Part shown: piece after piece, positions 33,626 to 44,153 of the stretch
Position numbering within the stretch: position 1 is the stretch's first letter
Layout: the number at the start of each line of letters is the position of its first letter
Assembly (NCBI RefSeq): GCF_003334785.1
Contig: NZ_QOWV01000001.1
Reading direction: 5' to 3' (one strand)
Origin: Escherichia coli
GTDB lineage: Bacteria; Pseudomonadota; Gammaproteobacteria; Enterobacterales; Enterobacteriaceae
DNA length: 64,000 nucleotides
Position numbers and translations under genes: made by a program
The notes under the pieces: generated by a model
The model's input: only the letters and a program-made list of their open reading frames with translations
Databases searched by the model: none
What the model was told of the DNA's origin: nothing

Positions 33626-35671
33626 TTAATCGACAAAATCACCGTGCTGCCTGGCCACCAGCGTCAGAATTGAATACAGCGCCACCGGGGTTTGATGCTG
33701 ATTGAATACCTCTACAGCCCATTCCACCACACCTGTTGGTTTTTCTTCTGCGCTACGCTGTTTTTTCAGCGTCTTGCGCTTACAGGTGAGACGCACCTGG
33801 ATGGTATCGCCTGGCTTTACGGGTTCGATAAAACGCAAGCTTTCCAGCCCGTAGTTAGCAATGACCGGACCGACACCGGCATCGACAAACAGACCCGCAG
33901 CCGCAGAAAGCACAAAATACCCATGCACCACCCGCTCACCGAAAATAGATTCGGCAGCAGCAATCCTATCCATATGTGCATAGAAATGATCGCCGCTGAG
34001 GCAAGCAAAGTTAACAATATCGGCCTCTGTCATTGTGCGGCGGGGAGTCAACAGGCTGTCGCCTGGTTGTAGCTCCTCAAAATATTTGCGGAACGGATGA
34101 ATACGATCTTCTTCGACTTTCGCACCGCGCACCCACTGTTTACTGATAGCGGCAAGCATCGTCGGACTACCCTGAACAGCGGTTCGCTGCATGTAATGTT
34201 TCACCGCTCGTAAACCGCCTAATTCTTCACCGCCTCCTGCGCGACCAGGCCCACCATGTACCAGTTGTGGCAGTGGGGAGCCATGCCCGGTGGATTCTTT
34301 TGCCGACTCTTCATTGAGGATCTGAATTCGCCCATGCGTACGTGCCGCGTCGGCAATAAACTGACGCGCAATTTGCGGATCAGCCGTCACCAGCGTTCCC
34401 GCAAGGCTACCGCCGCCTGCACAAGCCAGTTGCAGAGCATGTCGCTGGTTTTGTGCTGGCATCAGCGTTGCGACAGGGCCAAAGGCTTCTGTTGCATGTA
34501 CCGCCGGTGTTTCATCCGGCTGCGGACAGTACAATAAGGTTGGCGGGAAGAAGGCACCCGCAGCAGATAAATCCGCCTGACCACCGAGGCGAATCTCGCA
34601 TCCTGCAGCCAGCAATATGTTCACTTTTTCCTGCACATCGGCACGCTGCTCAGCATTTACCAGTGCGCCCATTTTCACGCCTTCCTGAGCAGGATCACCG
34701 ACCACGACTTTCTGTAATCGCGCAACCAGAGCATCACTGACAGCATTAACCAATGCCTGCGGCACAATAATCCGCCGGATTGCCGTACATTTTTGCCCGG
34801 CTTTTGTGGTCATCTCACGCACAACTTCACGAATAAACAGCGCAAACTCCGGTTGATCCGGGGTGACATCTTCGCCCAGTACGCAGCAGTTCAGGGAATC
34901 AGCTTCCATAGTGAAGGGGATAGATTTGGCGACGATATTTGGCTGAACTCGCAGCATCTGTCCGGTCGCCGCTGACCCCGTGAAAGTCACCACATCCTGG
35001 CTGTCCAGATGATCCAACAAGTCGCCAGCACTACCGCAGATCAGACTAATTGCGCCTTCGGGAACAAGACCACTATCGACAATTGATTTCACCATCGCCT
35101 GAGTCAGTTGGGCCGTCGCGGTAGCTGGTTTGATGATGGCTGGCATTCCGCCCAGCCACGTTGGTGCCAGCTTTTCCAGCATTCCCCAGCAGGGGAAGTT
35201 AAAGGCGTTAATATGCACTGCCACGCCTGACTTTGAGGTCAGTAAATGGCGCGCGGCAAATCCACCTTCTTTCGATAAGGGGATCAATTCATCTTCCGGC
35301 CACAGCGTATCGTCAGGCAGCTCCCGGCTACCGAGGCTGGCGTAAGTAAATAACGTCCCAATGCCACCTTCAATATCAACCCAACTGTCTGCCCGCGTTG
35401 CGCCTGTTTGCGCAGAAAGAGCATAGAAACGCTCTTTTTCACTCAGCAGATGTTTAGCGACCGCTTTAAGCATCGCCGCACGTTCGATAAAGGTCATAGC
35501 GCGAAGGGCGGGGGCACCTTTTTCAATGGCAAACTGGCGGGCAGCCGCCATATCAAGACCTTCACTGGTCACTTCCCATAACGCCTCGCCGCTAATAGCG
35601 TGGTGAATCAAACGGCTACGGCCCCGGCCAGACTGCCAGGTACCGGATAAGAAACTGGCTAACTGCTGCAT
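33626..35671 (-). CDS. paaZ: Bifunctional PaaZ (oxepin-CoA hydrolase / 3-oxo-5,6-dehydrosuberyl-CoA semialdehyde dehydrogenase)
   Basis: 681-aa ORF; N-terminal ALDH domain and C-terminal MaoC-like hotdog domain. Confidence 0.9.
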   Translation of the reverse strand: MQQLASFLSGTWQSGRGRSRLIHHAISGEALWEVTSEGLDMAAARQFAIEKGAPALRAMTFIERAAMLKAVAKHLLSEKERFYALSAQTGATRADSWVDIEGGIGTLFTYASLGSRELPDDTLWPEDELIPLSKEGGFAARHLLTSKSGVAVHINAFNFPCWGMLEKLAPTWLGGMPAIIKPATATAQLTQAMVKSIVDSGLVPEGAISLICGSAGDLLDHLDSQDVVTFTGSAATGQMLRVQPNIVAKSIPFTMEADSLNCCVLGEDVTPDQPEFALFIREVVREMTTKAGQKCTAIRRIIVPQALVNAVSDALVARLQKVVVGDPAQEGVKMGALVNAEQRADVQEKVNILLAAGCEIRLGGQADLSAAGAFFPPTLLYCPQPDETPAVHATEAFGPVATLMPAQNQRHALQLACAGGGSLAGTLVTADPQIARQFIADAARTHGRIQILNEESAKESTGHGSPLPQLVHGGPGRAGGGEELGGLRAVKHYMQRTAVQGSPTMLAAISKQWVRGAKVEEDRIHPFRKYFEELQPGDSLLTPRRTMTEADIVNFACLSGDHFYAHMDRIAAAESIFGERVVHGYFVLSAAAGLFVDAGVGPVIANYGLESLRFIEPVKPGDTIQVRLTCKRKTLKKQRSAEEKPTGVVEWAVEVFNQHQTPVALYSILTLVARQHGDFVD

Positions 35672-35713
35672 CGCTACTCTCCAGATGTTTCACATTTCTG
35701 TTGCTAATAGTTA

Positions 35714-35728
35714 AATCGCGAATCATAA
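35714..35728 (-). promoter_or_regulatory. PaaX-operator-like half-site in the paaZ promoter
   Basis: Minus strand reads TTTATGATTCGCGAT, matching the WWTRTGATTCGYGWT motif I recall for PaaX. Confidence 0.4.
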
Positions 35729-35899
35729 AAAGCAAGGGATCTTTTAACGAAATGTTAACTATGCGATCTGTATAGCAACTGCGGAAAACATTAATGCACT
35801 GATAAATAATGATTTATAAAAATAGGGTGCGAAATCCGTCACAGTTCAAACATACAAAATTTGTGATTTTACTTAACTATTGTGTAACTTTCATAAAAC

Positions 35900-35941
35900 A
35901 ATGTGATTCGTGTTTTTAATTAATTCACGAAAACTGGAATC
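35900..35941 (+). promoter_or_regulatory. PaaX-operator-like site in the paaA promoter (TGATTC-N27-GAATC)
   Basis: AATGTGATTCGTGTT at 35900..35914 matches the recalled PaaX motif; inverted GAATC 27 bp downstream; lies just upstream of the paaA start. Confidence 0.45.
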
Positions 35942-35955
35942 GTAAAGGTGATGAC

Positions 35956-36885
35956 GTGACCCAAGAAGAACGCTTTGAGCAACGGATAGCCCAGGAAACG
36001 GCTATCGAGCCACAGGACTGGATGCCCGATGCTTACCGAAAGACATTGATCCGCCAGATTGGGCAGCATGCGCACTCCGAGATTGTTGGTATGTTGCCTG
36101 AAGGTAACTGGATCACTCGCGCACCAACCTTGCGGCGTAAAGCCATTCTGTTGGCCAAAGTGCAGGATGAAGCCGGTCATGGTCTGTATCTCTATAGCGC
36201 CGCCGAAACACTGGGCTGCGCCAGAGAAGACATCTACCAAAAAATGCTCGACGGACGGATGAAATATTCCTCCATCTTTAATTATCCGACATTGAGTTGG
36301 GCTGATATCGGTGTTATCGGCTGGCTGGTGGATGGCGCAGCGATCGTCAATCAGGTGGCGTTATGCCGCACTTCTTATGGCCCGTATGCCAGAGCAATGG
36401 TGAAAATCTGCAAAGAAGAGAGTTTTCACCAGCGTCAGGGGTTTGAAGCCTGCATGGCACTGGCGCAGGGCAGCGAAGCTCAAAAGCAGATGTTGCAAGA
36501 CGCCATTAACCGTTTCTGGTGGCCAGCCTTAATGATGTTCGGGCCAAACGATGATAACTCGCCAAACAGCGCCAGAAGTCTCACCTGGAAAATCAAACGT
36601 TTCACCAACGACGAACTCCGCCAGCGTTTCGTGGATAACACCGTTCCACAGGTTGAAATGCTCGGTATGACCGTTCCTGACCCGGATCTGCATTTTGACA
36701 CTGAAAGCGGTCACTACCGCTTTGGTGAGATCGACTGGCAGGAGTTTAACGAAGTAATTAACGGTCGCGGAATTTGTAATCAGGAGAGGCTCGACGCCAA
36801 ACGTAAAGCCTGGGAAGAAGGTACCTGGGTACGGGAAGCAGCGCTGGCCCATGCACAAAAACAACATGCCCGTAAGGTCGCATAA
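35956..36885 (+). CDS. paaA: Phenylacetyl-CoA 1,2-epoxidase subunit A
   Basis: 309-aa ORF with GTG start ([10 protein letters not shown]...); first gene of paaABCDE. Confidence 0.9.
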   Translation: MTQEERFEQRIAQETAIEPQDWMPDAYRKTLIRQIGQHAHSEIVGMLPEGNWITRAPTLRRKAILLAKVQDEAGHGLYLYSAAETLGCAREDIYQKMLDGRMKYSSIFNYPTLSWADIGVIGWLVDGAAIVNQVALCRTSYGPYARAMVKICKEESFHQRQGFEACMALAQGSEAQKQMLQDAINRFWWPALMMFGPNDDNSPNSARSLTWKIKRFTNDELRQRFVDNTVPQVEMLGMTVPDPDLHFDTESGHYRFGEIDWQEFNEVINGRGICNQERLDAKRKAWEEGTWVREAALAHAQKQHARKVA

Positions 36886-36896
36886 GGAGATTCAAA

Positions 36897-37184
36897 ATGA
36901 GTAATGTTTACTGGCCGTTATACGAAGTTTTCGTGCGTGGCAAACAGGGCTTATCACACCGCCATGTTGGCAGTTTACATGCTGCCGATGAGCGGATGGC
37001 ACTGGAAAATGCCCGTGATGCTTACACCCGTCGTAGCGAAGGATGTTCAATTTGGGTGGTGAAGGCGAGTGAAATTGTTGCCTCGCAACCGGAAGAACGC
37101 GGTGAATTTTTTGATCCGGCTGAAAGCAAGGTCTATCGCCATCCAACGTTTTACACCATCCCTGATGGCATTGAGCACATGTGA
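36897..37184 (+). CDS. paaB: Phenylacetyl-CoA epoxidase subunit B
   Basis: 95-aa ORF, operon position. Confidence 0.9.
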   Translation: MSNVYWPLYEVFVRGKQGLSHRHVGSLHAADERMALENARDAYTRRSEGCSIWVVKASEIVASQPEERGEFFDPAESKVYRHPTFYTIPDGIEHM

Positions 37185-37192
37185 GGTCGGAA

Positions 37193-37939
37193 ATGAATCA
37201 GTTAACGGCTTACACCTTGCGCCTGGGCGATAACTGCCTGGTGCTCTCCCAGCGGTTGGGTGAATGGTGCGGTCACGCACCGGAACTGGAAATCGATCTC
37301 GCACTGGCAAACATTGGCCTCGATTTATTAGGTCAGGCACGCAACTTCTTATCGTATGCCGCTGAATTAGCGGGAGAAGGCGATGAAGATACCCTGGCCT
37401 TCACCCGAGACGAGCGCCAGTTCAGCAACTTATTGTTGGTTGAACAACCAAACGGCAATTTTGCCGACACCATTGCACGCCAGTATTTCATCGATGCATG
37501 GCATGTGGCGCTCTTTACCCGTCTGATGGAAAGCCGTGATCCGCAACTGGCGGCGATTTCTGCCAAAGCAATTAAAGAAGCGCGCTATCACCTGCGTTTT
37601 AGTCGTGGCTGGCTGGAGCGACTGGGCAATGGTACTGACGTATCAGGGCAAAAGATGCAGCAGGCCATCAACAAGTTGTGGCGTTTTACCGCCGAACTGT
37701 TCGATGCCGACGAGATTGATATTGCACTGAGTGAAGAGGGTATTGCGGTTGATCCACGCACTTTACGCGCAGCGTGGGAAGCCGAAGTTTTTGCCGGGAT
37801 CAACGAAGCCACATTGAACGTACCGCAAGAGCAGGCGTATCGCACTGGCGGTAAAAAAGGACTGCATACCGAACACCTTGGACCCATGCTGGCAGAAATG
37901 CAGTATCTCCAGCGTGTCTTGCCCGGTCAGCAATGGTAA
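37193..37939 (+). CDS. paaC: Phenylacetyl-CoA epoxidase subunit C
   Basis: ORF 37181..37939; start at MNQLTAYTLRLG (248 aa) after GAGG. Confidence 0.9.
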   Translation: MNQLTAYTLRLGDNCLVLSQRLGEWCGHAPELEIDLALANIGLDLLGQARNFLSYAAELAGEGDEDTLAFTRDERQFSNLLLVEQPNGNFADTIARQYFIDAWHVALFTRLMESRDPQLAAISAKAIKEARYHLRFSRGWLERLGNGTDVSGQKMQQAINKLWRFTAELFDADEIDIALSEEGIAVDPRTLRAAWEAEVFAGINEATLNVPQEQAYRTGGKKGLHTEHLGPMLAEMQYLQRVLPGQQW

Positions 37940-37953
37940 CAGAGGAGATGGGT

Positions 37954-38451
37954 ATGCAACGTCTGGCCACCATTGCACCGCCACAGGTTCATGAGATATG
38001 GGCGCTACTCAGCCAGATCCCGGACCCGGAGATCCCGGTGCTGACCATTACTGATTTAGGCATGGTGCGTAATGTGACACAGATGGGAGAAGGATGGGTG
38101 ATCGGCTTTACGCCGACATATTCCGGTTGTCCGGCAACGGAACATTTGATTGGCGCGATACGTGAGGCAATGACAACCAACGGGTTTACCCCCGTTCAGG
38201 TTGTGCTGCAACTCGACCCGGCATGGACCACCGACTGGATGACCCCCGATGCCCGTGAGCGTCTGCGAGAGTATGGCATTAGCCCGCCCGCCGGACACAG
38301 TTGCCATGCCCATTTGCCGCCAGAAGTACGTTGCCCGCGCTGCGCCAGCGTCCATACCACACTTATCAGTGAATTTGGTTCCACGGCCTGCAAAGCATTG
38401 TACCGCTGCGATAGTTGCCGCGAACCTTTCGATTATTTCAAATGTATTTGA
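37954..38451 (+). CDS. paaD: Phenylacetyl-CoA epoxidase assembly protein PaaD
   Basis: ORF 37933..38451; start at MQRLATIAPP (165 aa) after GAGGAG. Confidence 0.9.
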   Translation: MQRLATIAPPQVHEIWALLSQIPDPEIPVLTITDLGMVRNVTQMGEGWVIGFTPTYSGCPATEHLIGAIREAMTTNGFTPVQVVLQLDPAWTTDWMTPDARERLREYGISPPAGHSCHAHLPPEVRCPRCASVHTTLISEFGSTACKALYRCDSCREPFDYFKCI

Positions 38452-38458
38452 GGATGCC

Positions 38459-39529
38459 ATGACAACGTTTCATTCCTTAACAGTGGCAAAAGTCGAGTCG
38501 GAAACCCGTGATGCGGTGACCATTACCTTTGCGGTGCCCCAGCCTTTGCAGGAGGCGTATCGCTTTCGCCCCGGTCAACATTTGACCTTAAAAGCCAGCT
38601 TTGATGGTGAAGAATTACGCCGTTGTTACTCCATTTGCCGCAGCTATCTGCCTGGCGAAATTAGTGTGGCGGTGAAAGCCATTGAAGGCGGACGTTTCTC
38701 CCGCTATGCCCGCGAACACATCCGCCAGGGTATGACGCTGGAGGTCATGGTGCCGCAGGGGCATTTCGGCTATCAGCCGCAGGCCGAACGCCAGGGGCGC
38801 TATCTGGCAATTGCAGCAGGATCAGGTATTACGCCAATGCTGGCGATTATCGCCACCACTTTACAAACCGAGCCTGAAAGTCAGTTCACCCTGATCTACG
38901 GTAACCGTACCAGCCAGAGCATGATGTTTCGCCAGGCACTGGCAGACCTGAAAGACAAATATCCTCAGCGTTTACAGTTGTTGTGCATTTTCAGTCAGGA
39001 AACCCTCGACAGCGATCTGCTTCACGGGCGTATTGACGGTGAAAAATTACAGTCACTTGGGGCCTCGCTCATTAATTTTCGTCTTTATGATGAGGCATTT
39101 ATTTGTGGTCCGGCGGCGATGATGGATGACGCGGAAACCGCCTTAAAAGCACTGGGAATGCCAGATAAAACCATTCATCTGGAGCGGTTTAATACGCCTG
39201 GCACGCGCGTCAAACGTAGCGTTAACGTGCAAAGTGACGGACAAAAAGTGACTGTACGTCAGGATGGGCGGGATCGGGAAATCGTGCTTAATGCCGACGA
39301 TGAAAGCATTCTCGATGCGGCATTGCGCCAGGGGGCGGATCTGCCCTATGCCTGCAAAGGCGGCGTCTGTGCGACCTGCAAATGCAAAGTGCTGCGTGGC
39401 AAAGTGGCGATGGAAACCAATTACAGTCTGGAACCGGATGAACTGGCCGCAGGTTATGTGTTGAGTTGCCAGGCACTGCCGCTGACCAGCGATGTGGTGG
39501 TTGACTTTGACGCGAAGGGGATGGCATGA
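38459..39529 (+). CDS. paaE: Phenylacetyl-CoA epoxidase reductase subunit PaaE (FNR-like domain plus 2Fe-2S ferredoxin)
   Basis: ORF 38249..39529; start at MTTFHSLTVAK (356 aa); C-terminal CxxxxCxxC...C ferredoxin motif (CKGGVCATCKC). Confidence 0.9.
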   Translation: MTTFHSLTVAKVESETRDAVTITFAVPQPLQEAYRFRPGQHLTLKASFDGEELRRCYSICRSYLPGEISVAVKAIEGGRFSRYAREHIRQGMTLEVMVPQGHFGYQPQAERQGRYLAIAAGSGITPMLAIIATTLQTEPESQFTLIYGNRTSQSMMFRQALADLKDKYPQRLQLLCIFSQETLDSDLLHGRIDGEKLQSLGASLINFRLYDEAFICGPAAMMDDAETALKALGMPDKTIHLERFNTPGTRVKRSVNVQSDGQKVTVRQDGRDREIVLNADDESILDAALRQGADLPYACKGGVCATCKCKVLRGKVAMETNYSLEPDELAAGYVLSCQALPLTSDVVVDFDAKGMA

Positions 39530-40293
39530 GCGAACTGATCGTCAGCCGTCAGCAACGAGTATTGTTGCTGACCCTTAACCGTCCCGCCGCACGTAATGCG
39601 CTAAATAATGCCCTGCTGATGCAACTGGTAAATGAACTGGAAGCTGCGGCTACCGATACCAGCATTTCGGTCTGTGTGATTACCGGTAATGCACGCTTTT
39701 TTGCCGCTGGGGCCGATCTCAACGAAATGGCAGAAAAAGATCTCGCGGCCACCTTAAACGATACACGTCCGCAGCTATGGGCGCGATTGCAGGCCTTTAA
39801 TAAACCACTTATCGCAGCCGTCAATGGTTACGCGCTTGGGGCGGGTTGCGAACTGGCATTGTTGTGCGATGTGGTGGTTGCCGGAGAGAACGCGCGTTTT
39901 GGGTTGCCGGAAATCACTCTCGGCATCATGCCTGGCGCAGGCGGAACGCAACGTTTAATCCGTAGTGTCGGTAAATCGTTAGCCAGCAAAATGGTGCTGA
40001 GCGGAGAAAGTATCACCGCTCAGCAAGCACAGCAGGCCGGGCTGGTTAGCGACGTCTTCCCCAGCGATTTAACCCTCGAATACGCCTTACAGCTGGCATC
40101 GAAAATGGCACGTCACTCGCCGCTGGCCTTACAAGCGGCAAAGCAAGCGCTGCGCCAGTCGCAGGAAGTGGCTTTGCAAGCCGGACTTGCCCAGGAGCGA
40201 CAGTTATTCACCTTGCTGGCGGCAACAGAAGATCGTCATGAAGGCATCTCCGCTTTCTTACAAAAACGCACGCCCGACTTTAAAGGACGCTAA
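39526..40293 (+). CDS. paaF: 2,3-Dehydroadipyl-CoA hydratase (enoyl-CoA hydratase family)
   Basis: 255-aa ORF, crotonase fold; start overlaps paaE stop. Confidence 0.9.
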   Translation: MSELIVSRQQRVLLLTLNRPAARNALNNALLMQLVNELEAAATDTSISVCVITGNARFFAAGADLNEMAEKDLAATLNDTRPQLWARLQAFNKPLIAAVNGYALGAGCELALLCDVVVAGENARFGLPEITLGIMPGAGGTQRLIRSVGKSLASKMVLSGESITAQQAQQAGLVSDVFPSDLTLEYALQLASKMARHSPLALQAAKQALRQSQEVALQAGLAQERQLFTLLAATEDRHEGISAFLQKRTPDFKGR

Positions 40294-41081
40294 TGATGGA
40301 ATTCATCCTCAGTCATGTAGAAAAGGGCGTGATGACACTAACGCTCAACCGCCCGGAACGCCTGAACAGTTTTAATGATGAGATGCACGCACAACTGGCA
40401 GAGTGCCTGAAACAGGTCGAGCGCGACGACACTATCCGTTGCCTGTTACTTACAGGTGCCGGGCGCGGATTTTGTGCTGGTCAGGATCTTAACGATCGTA
40501 ACGTTGATCCCACAGGCCCCGCACCGGATTTAGGGATGTCAGTTGAACGTTTCTATAACCCACTGGTACGTCGCCTGGCAAAACTGCCAAAACCGGTGAT
40601 CTGTGCAGTCAATGGCGTGGCGGCAGGGGCAGGCGCAACACTGGCACTGGGGGGCGACATCGTTATTGCTGCCCGTTCAGCAAAATTCGTCATGGCGTTT
40701 AGTAAGTTAGGCTTAATACCCGATTGCGGTGGAACCTGGTTACTGCCACGCGTTGCCGGACGAGCGCGCGCCATGGGGCTGGCACTGCTGGGGAATCAAC
40801 TGAGTGCTGAACAGGCGCACGAATGGGGGATGATCTGGCAGGTTGTTGATGATGAAACGCTGGCAGATACCGCGCAACAGCTGGCACGGCATCTGGCGAC
40901 ACAACCGACATTTGGTCTTGGACTTATCAAGCAAGCGATAAATAGCGCTGAAACCAATACGCTCGATACGCAACTGGATCTGGAACGTGACTATCAGCGA
41001 CTTGCCGGACGGAGCGCAGATTATCGTGAAGGTGTCAGTGCGTTCCTGGCTAAACGCTCACCGCAGTTCACGGGGAAATAG
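40293..41081 (+). CDS. paaG: 1,2-Epoxyphenylacetyl-CoA isomerase (crotonase family)
   Basis: 262-aa ORF; start overlaps paaF stop (TAATG). Confidence 0.9.
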   Translation: MMEFILSHVEKGVMTLTLNRPERLNSFNDEMHAQLAECLKQVERDDTIRCLLLTGAGRGFCAGQDLNDRNVDPTGPAPDLGMSVERFYNPLVRRLAKLPKPVICAVNGVAAGAGATLALGGDIVIAARSAKFVMAFSKLGLIPDCGGTWLLPRVAGRARAMGLALLGNQLSAEQAHEWGMIWQVVDDETLADTAQQLARHLATQPTFGLGLIKQAINSAETNTLDTQLDLERDYQRLAGRSADYREGVSAFLAKRSPQFTGK

Positions 41082-41082
41082 C

Positions 41083-42510
41083 ATGATGATAAATGTGCAA
41101 ACTGTGGCAGTGATTGGGAGCGGCACCATGGGGGCAGGCATTGCTGAAGTTGCTGCCAGTCATGGACACCAGGTTTTACTGTATGACATTTCTGCTGAAG
41201 CGCTGACCCGCGCAATCGACGGGATACACGCGCGGCTAAATTCACGCGTGACGCGGGGAAAACTGACTGCTGAAACCTGTGAACGCACATTGAAACGCCT
41301 GATCCCGGTGACCGATATTCACGCGCTGGCAGCTGCGGACCTGGTCATTGAAGCGGCGTCTGAACGTCTGGAAGTCAAAAAAGCGCTCTTTGCACAGCTG
41401 GCGGAAGTTTGCCCGCCACAAACGCTATTGACCACTAACACTTCGTCAATCTCTATAACCGCGATTGCTGCGGAGATAAAAAATCCTGAACGTGTTGCGG
41501 GGCTGCATTTTTTTAACCCGGCACCGGTGATGAAGTTGGTGGAGGTGGTCAGTGGGCTGGCAACGGCGGCGGAAGTTGTTGAGCAGTTGTGTGAACTAAC
41601 GTTGAGTTGGGGTAAGCAGCCTGTGCGCTGTCATTCGACTCCTGGATTTATCGTTAACCGTGTTGCGCGTCCTTATTATTCCGAGGCCTGGCGGGCACTG
41701 GAAGAGCAGGTTGCTGCACCAGAAGTGATTGACGCTGCACTTCGCGATGGCGCTGGTTTCCCGATGGGGCCGCTGGAATTAACCGATCTGATTGGTCAGG
41801 ACGTCAATTTTGCTGTCACCTGTTCGGTGTTTAACGCTTTCTGGCAGGAGCGTCGTTTTTTACCTTCGCTGGTGCAACAGGAACTGGTGATTGGTGGACG
41901 GTTGGGCAAGAAAAGTGGGCTGGGCGTGTACGACTGGCGCGCGGAACGTGAGGCAGTTGTTGGCCTGGAAGCGGTAAGCGACAGTTTTAGCCCAATGAAA
42001 GTAGAAAAGAAAAGTGACGGTGTCACGGAAATTGACGATGTTTTATTGATTGAGACACAAGGCGAGACGGCACAGGCGCTGGCAATACGACTGGCACGCC
42101 CGGTGGTAGTGATCGATAAAATGGCGGGCAAGGTGGTGACCATTGCTGCTGCAGCGGTGAACCCGGACTCAGCGACCCGCAAGGCCATTTATTACCTGCA
42201 ACAGCAGGGCAAAACAGTGCTGCAAATTGCAGATTACCCAGGAATGCTGATTTGGCGAACGGTAGCAATGATCATCAATGAAGCCCTTGATGCGCTTCAA
42301 AAAGGCGTGGCCTCTGAACAGGATATCGATACCGCCATGCGTCTTGGGGTGAATTATCCATATGGCCCACTTGCCTGGGGAGCGCAACTTGGCTGGCAGC
42401 GAATATTAAGGCTCCTTGAAAATCTACAGCATCACTATGGCGAAGAACGCTATCGCCCATGTTCATTGCTGCGCCAACGGGCGCTTCTGGAGAGCGGTTA
42501 TGAGTCATAA
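41083..42510 (+). CDS. paaH: 3-Hydroxyadipyl-CoA dehydrogenase
   Basis: ORF 40987..42510; start at MMINVQTVAVIGSGTMGAGIA (Rossmann GxGxxG), 475 aa. Confidence 0.9.
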   Translation: MMINVQTVAVIGSGTMGAGIAEVAASHGHQVLLYDISAEALTRAIDGIHARLNSRVTRGKLTAETCERTLKRLIPVTDIHALAAADLVIEAASERLEVKKALFAQLAEVCPPQTLLTTNTSSISITAIAAEIKNPERVAGLHFFNPAPVMKLVEVVSGLATAAEVVEQLCELTLSWGKQPVRCHSTPGFIVNRVARPYYSEAWRALEEQVAAPEVIDAALRDGAGFPMGPLELTDLIGQDVNFAVTCSVFNAFWQERRFLPSLVQQELVIGGRLGKKSGLGVYDWRAEREAVVGLEAVSDSFSPMKVEKKSDGVTEIDDVLLIETQGETAQALAIRLARPVVVIDKMAGKVVTIAAAAVNPDSATRKAIYYLQQQGKTVLQIADYPGMLIWRTVAMIINEALDALQKGVASEQDIDTAMRLGVNYPYGPLAWGAQLGWQRILRLLENLQHHYGEERYRPCSLLRQRALLESGYES

Positions 42511-42922
42511 GGCCTGGCAAAATGCCCATGCAATGTATGAGAACGATGCCTGCGCCAAAGCGCTTGGCATCGACATTATCTCAATGGATGAAGGCTTTGC
42601 TGTAGTGACCATGACCGTCACTGCACAAATGCTTAACGGTCATCAAAGTTGCCACGGCGGGCAGCTATTTTCACTGGCTGATACTGCCTTTGCCTACGCC
42701 TGCAATAGCCAGGGGCTGGCAGCCGTCGCTTCTGCCTGCACGATTGATTTTTTGCGTCCAGGCTTTGCCGGAGACACCTTAACTGCTACTGCGCAGGTAC
42801 GTCATCAGGGCAAGCAAACCGGTGTTTACGACATCGAAATTGTTAACCAACAACAAAAAACGGTTGCGCTGTTTCGCGGTAAATCTCACCGCATCGGCGG
42901 CACCATTACAGGAGAAGCCTGA
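42500..42922 (+). CDS. paaI: Hotdog-fold thioesterase PaaI
   Basis: ORF 42416..42922; start at MSHKAWQNAH (140 aa), overlapping paaH end. Confidence 0.85.
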   Translation: MSHKAWQNAHAMYENDACAKALGIDIISMDEGFAVVTMTVTAQMLNGHQSCHGGQLFSLADTAFAYACNSQGLAAVASACTIDFLRPGFAGDTLTATAQVRHQGKQTGVYDIEIVNQQQKTVALFRGKSHRIGGTITGEA

Positions 42923-44127
42923 TGCGTGAAGCCTTTATTTGTGACGGAATTCGTACGCCAATTGGTCGCTACGGCGGGGCATTATCAAGTGTTCGGGCTG
43001 ATGATCTGGCTGCTATCCCTTTGCGGGAACTGCTGGTGCGAAACCCGCGTCTCGATGCGGAGTGTATCGATGATGTGATCCTCGGCTGTGCTAATCAGGC
43101 GGGAGAAGATAACCGTAACGTAGCCCGGATGGCGACTTTACTGGCGGGGCTGCCGCAGAGTGTTTCCGGCACAACCATTAACCGCTTGTGTGGTTCCGGG
43201 CTGGACGCACTGGGGTTTGCCGCACGGGCGATTAAAGCGGGCGATGGCGATTTGCTGATCGCCGGTGGCGTGGAGTCAATGTCACGGGCACCGTTTGTTA
43301 TGGGCAAGGCAGCCAGTGCATTTTCTCGTCAGGCTGAGATGTTCGATACCACTATTGGCTGGCGATTTGTGAACCCGCTCATGGCTCAGCAATTTGGAAC
43401 TGACAGCATGCCGGAAACGGCAGAGAATGTAGCTGAACTGTTAAAAATCTCACGAGAAGATCAAGATAGTTTTGCGCTACGCAGTCAGCAACGTACGGCA
43501 AAAGCGCAATCCTCAGGCATTCTGGCTGAGGAGATTGTTCCGGTTGTGTTGAAAAACAAGAAAGGTGTTGTAACAGAAATACAACATGATGAGCATCTGC
43601 GCCCGGAAACGACGCTGGAACAGTTACGTGGGTTAAAAGCACCATTTCGTGCCAATGGGGTGATTACCGCAGGCAATGCTTCCGGGGTGAATGACGGAGC
43701 CGCTGCGTTGATTATTGCCAGTGAACAGATGGCAGCAGCGCAAGGACTGACACCGCGGGCGCGTATCGTAGCCATGGCAACCGCCGGGGTGGAACCGCGC
43801 CTGATGGGGCTTGGTCCGGTGCCTGCAACTCGCCGGGTGCTGGAACGCGCAGGGCTGAGTATTCACGATATGGACGTGATTGAACTGAACGAAGCGTTCG
43901 CGGCCCAGGCGTTGGGTGTACTACGCGAATTGGGGCTGCCTGATGATGCCCCACATGTTAACCCCAACGGAGGCGCTATCGCCTTAGGCCATCCGTTGGG
44001 AATGAGTGGTGCCCGCCTGGCACTGGCTGCCAGCCATGAGCTGCATCGGCGTAACGGTCGTTACGCATTGTGCACCATGTGCATCGGTGTCGGTCAGGGC
44101 ATCGCCATGATTCTGGAGCGTGTTTGA
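42922..44127 (+). CDS. paaJ: 3-Oxoadipyl-CoA / 3-oxo-5,6-dehydrosuberyl-CoA thiolase
   Basis: 401-aa ORF, thiolase active-site Cys region ([10 protein letters not shown]). Confidence 0.9.
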   Translation: MREAFICDGIRTPIGRYGGALSSVRADDLAAIPLRELLVRNPRLDAECIDDVILGCANQAGEDNRNVARMATLLAGLPQSVSGTTINRLCGSGLDALGFAARAIKAGDGDLLIAGGVESMSRAPFVMGKAASAFSRQAEMFDTTIGWRFVNPLMAQQFGTDSMPETAENVAELLKISREDQDSFALRSQQRTAKAQSSGILAEEIVPVVLKNKKGVVTEIQHDEHLRPETTLEQLRGLKAPFRANGVITAGNASGVNDGAAALIIASEQMAAAQGLTPRARIVAMATAGVEPRLMGLGPVPATRRVLERAGLSIHDMDVIELNEAFAAQALGVLRELGLPDDAPHVNPNGGAIALGHPLGMSGARLALAASHELHRRNGRYALCTMCIGVGQGIAMILERV

Positions 44128-44153
44128 GCATATCAACCTGCGAGTACCCTACA

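Noticed and set aside
38249-38458. N-terminal extensions suggested by the ORF track (paaE from 38249, paaH from 40987, paaK from 44070, fnr to 4672, dgcM to 12944, tynA to 33414, uspF to 17720)
   Set aside because: Extensions overlap the preceding gene or lack a Shine-Dalgarno sequence; internal ATGs with good Shine-Dalgarno motifs reproduce the expected protein lengths
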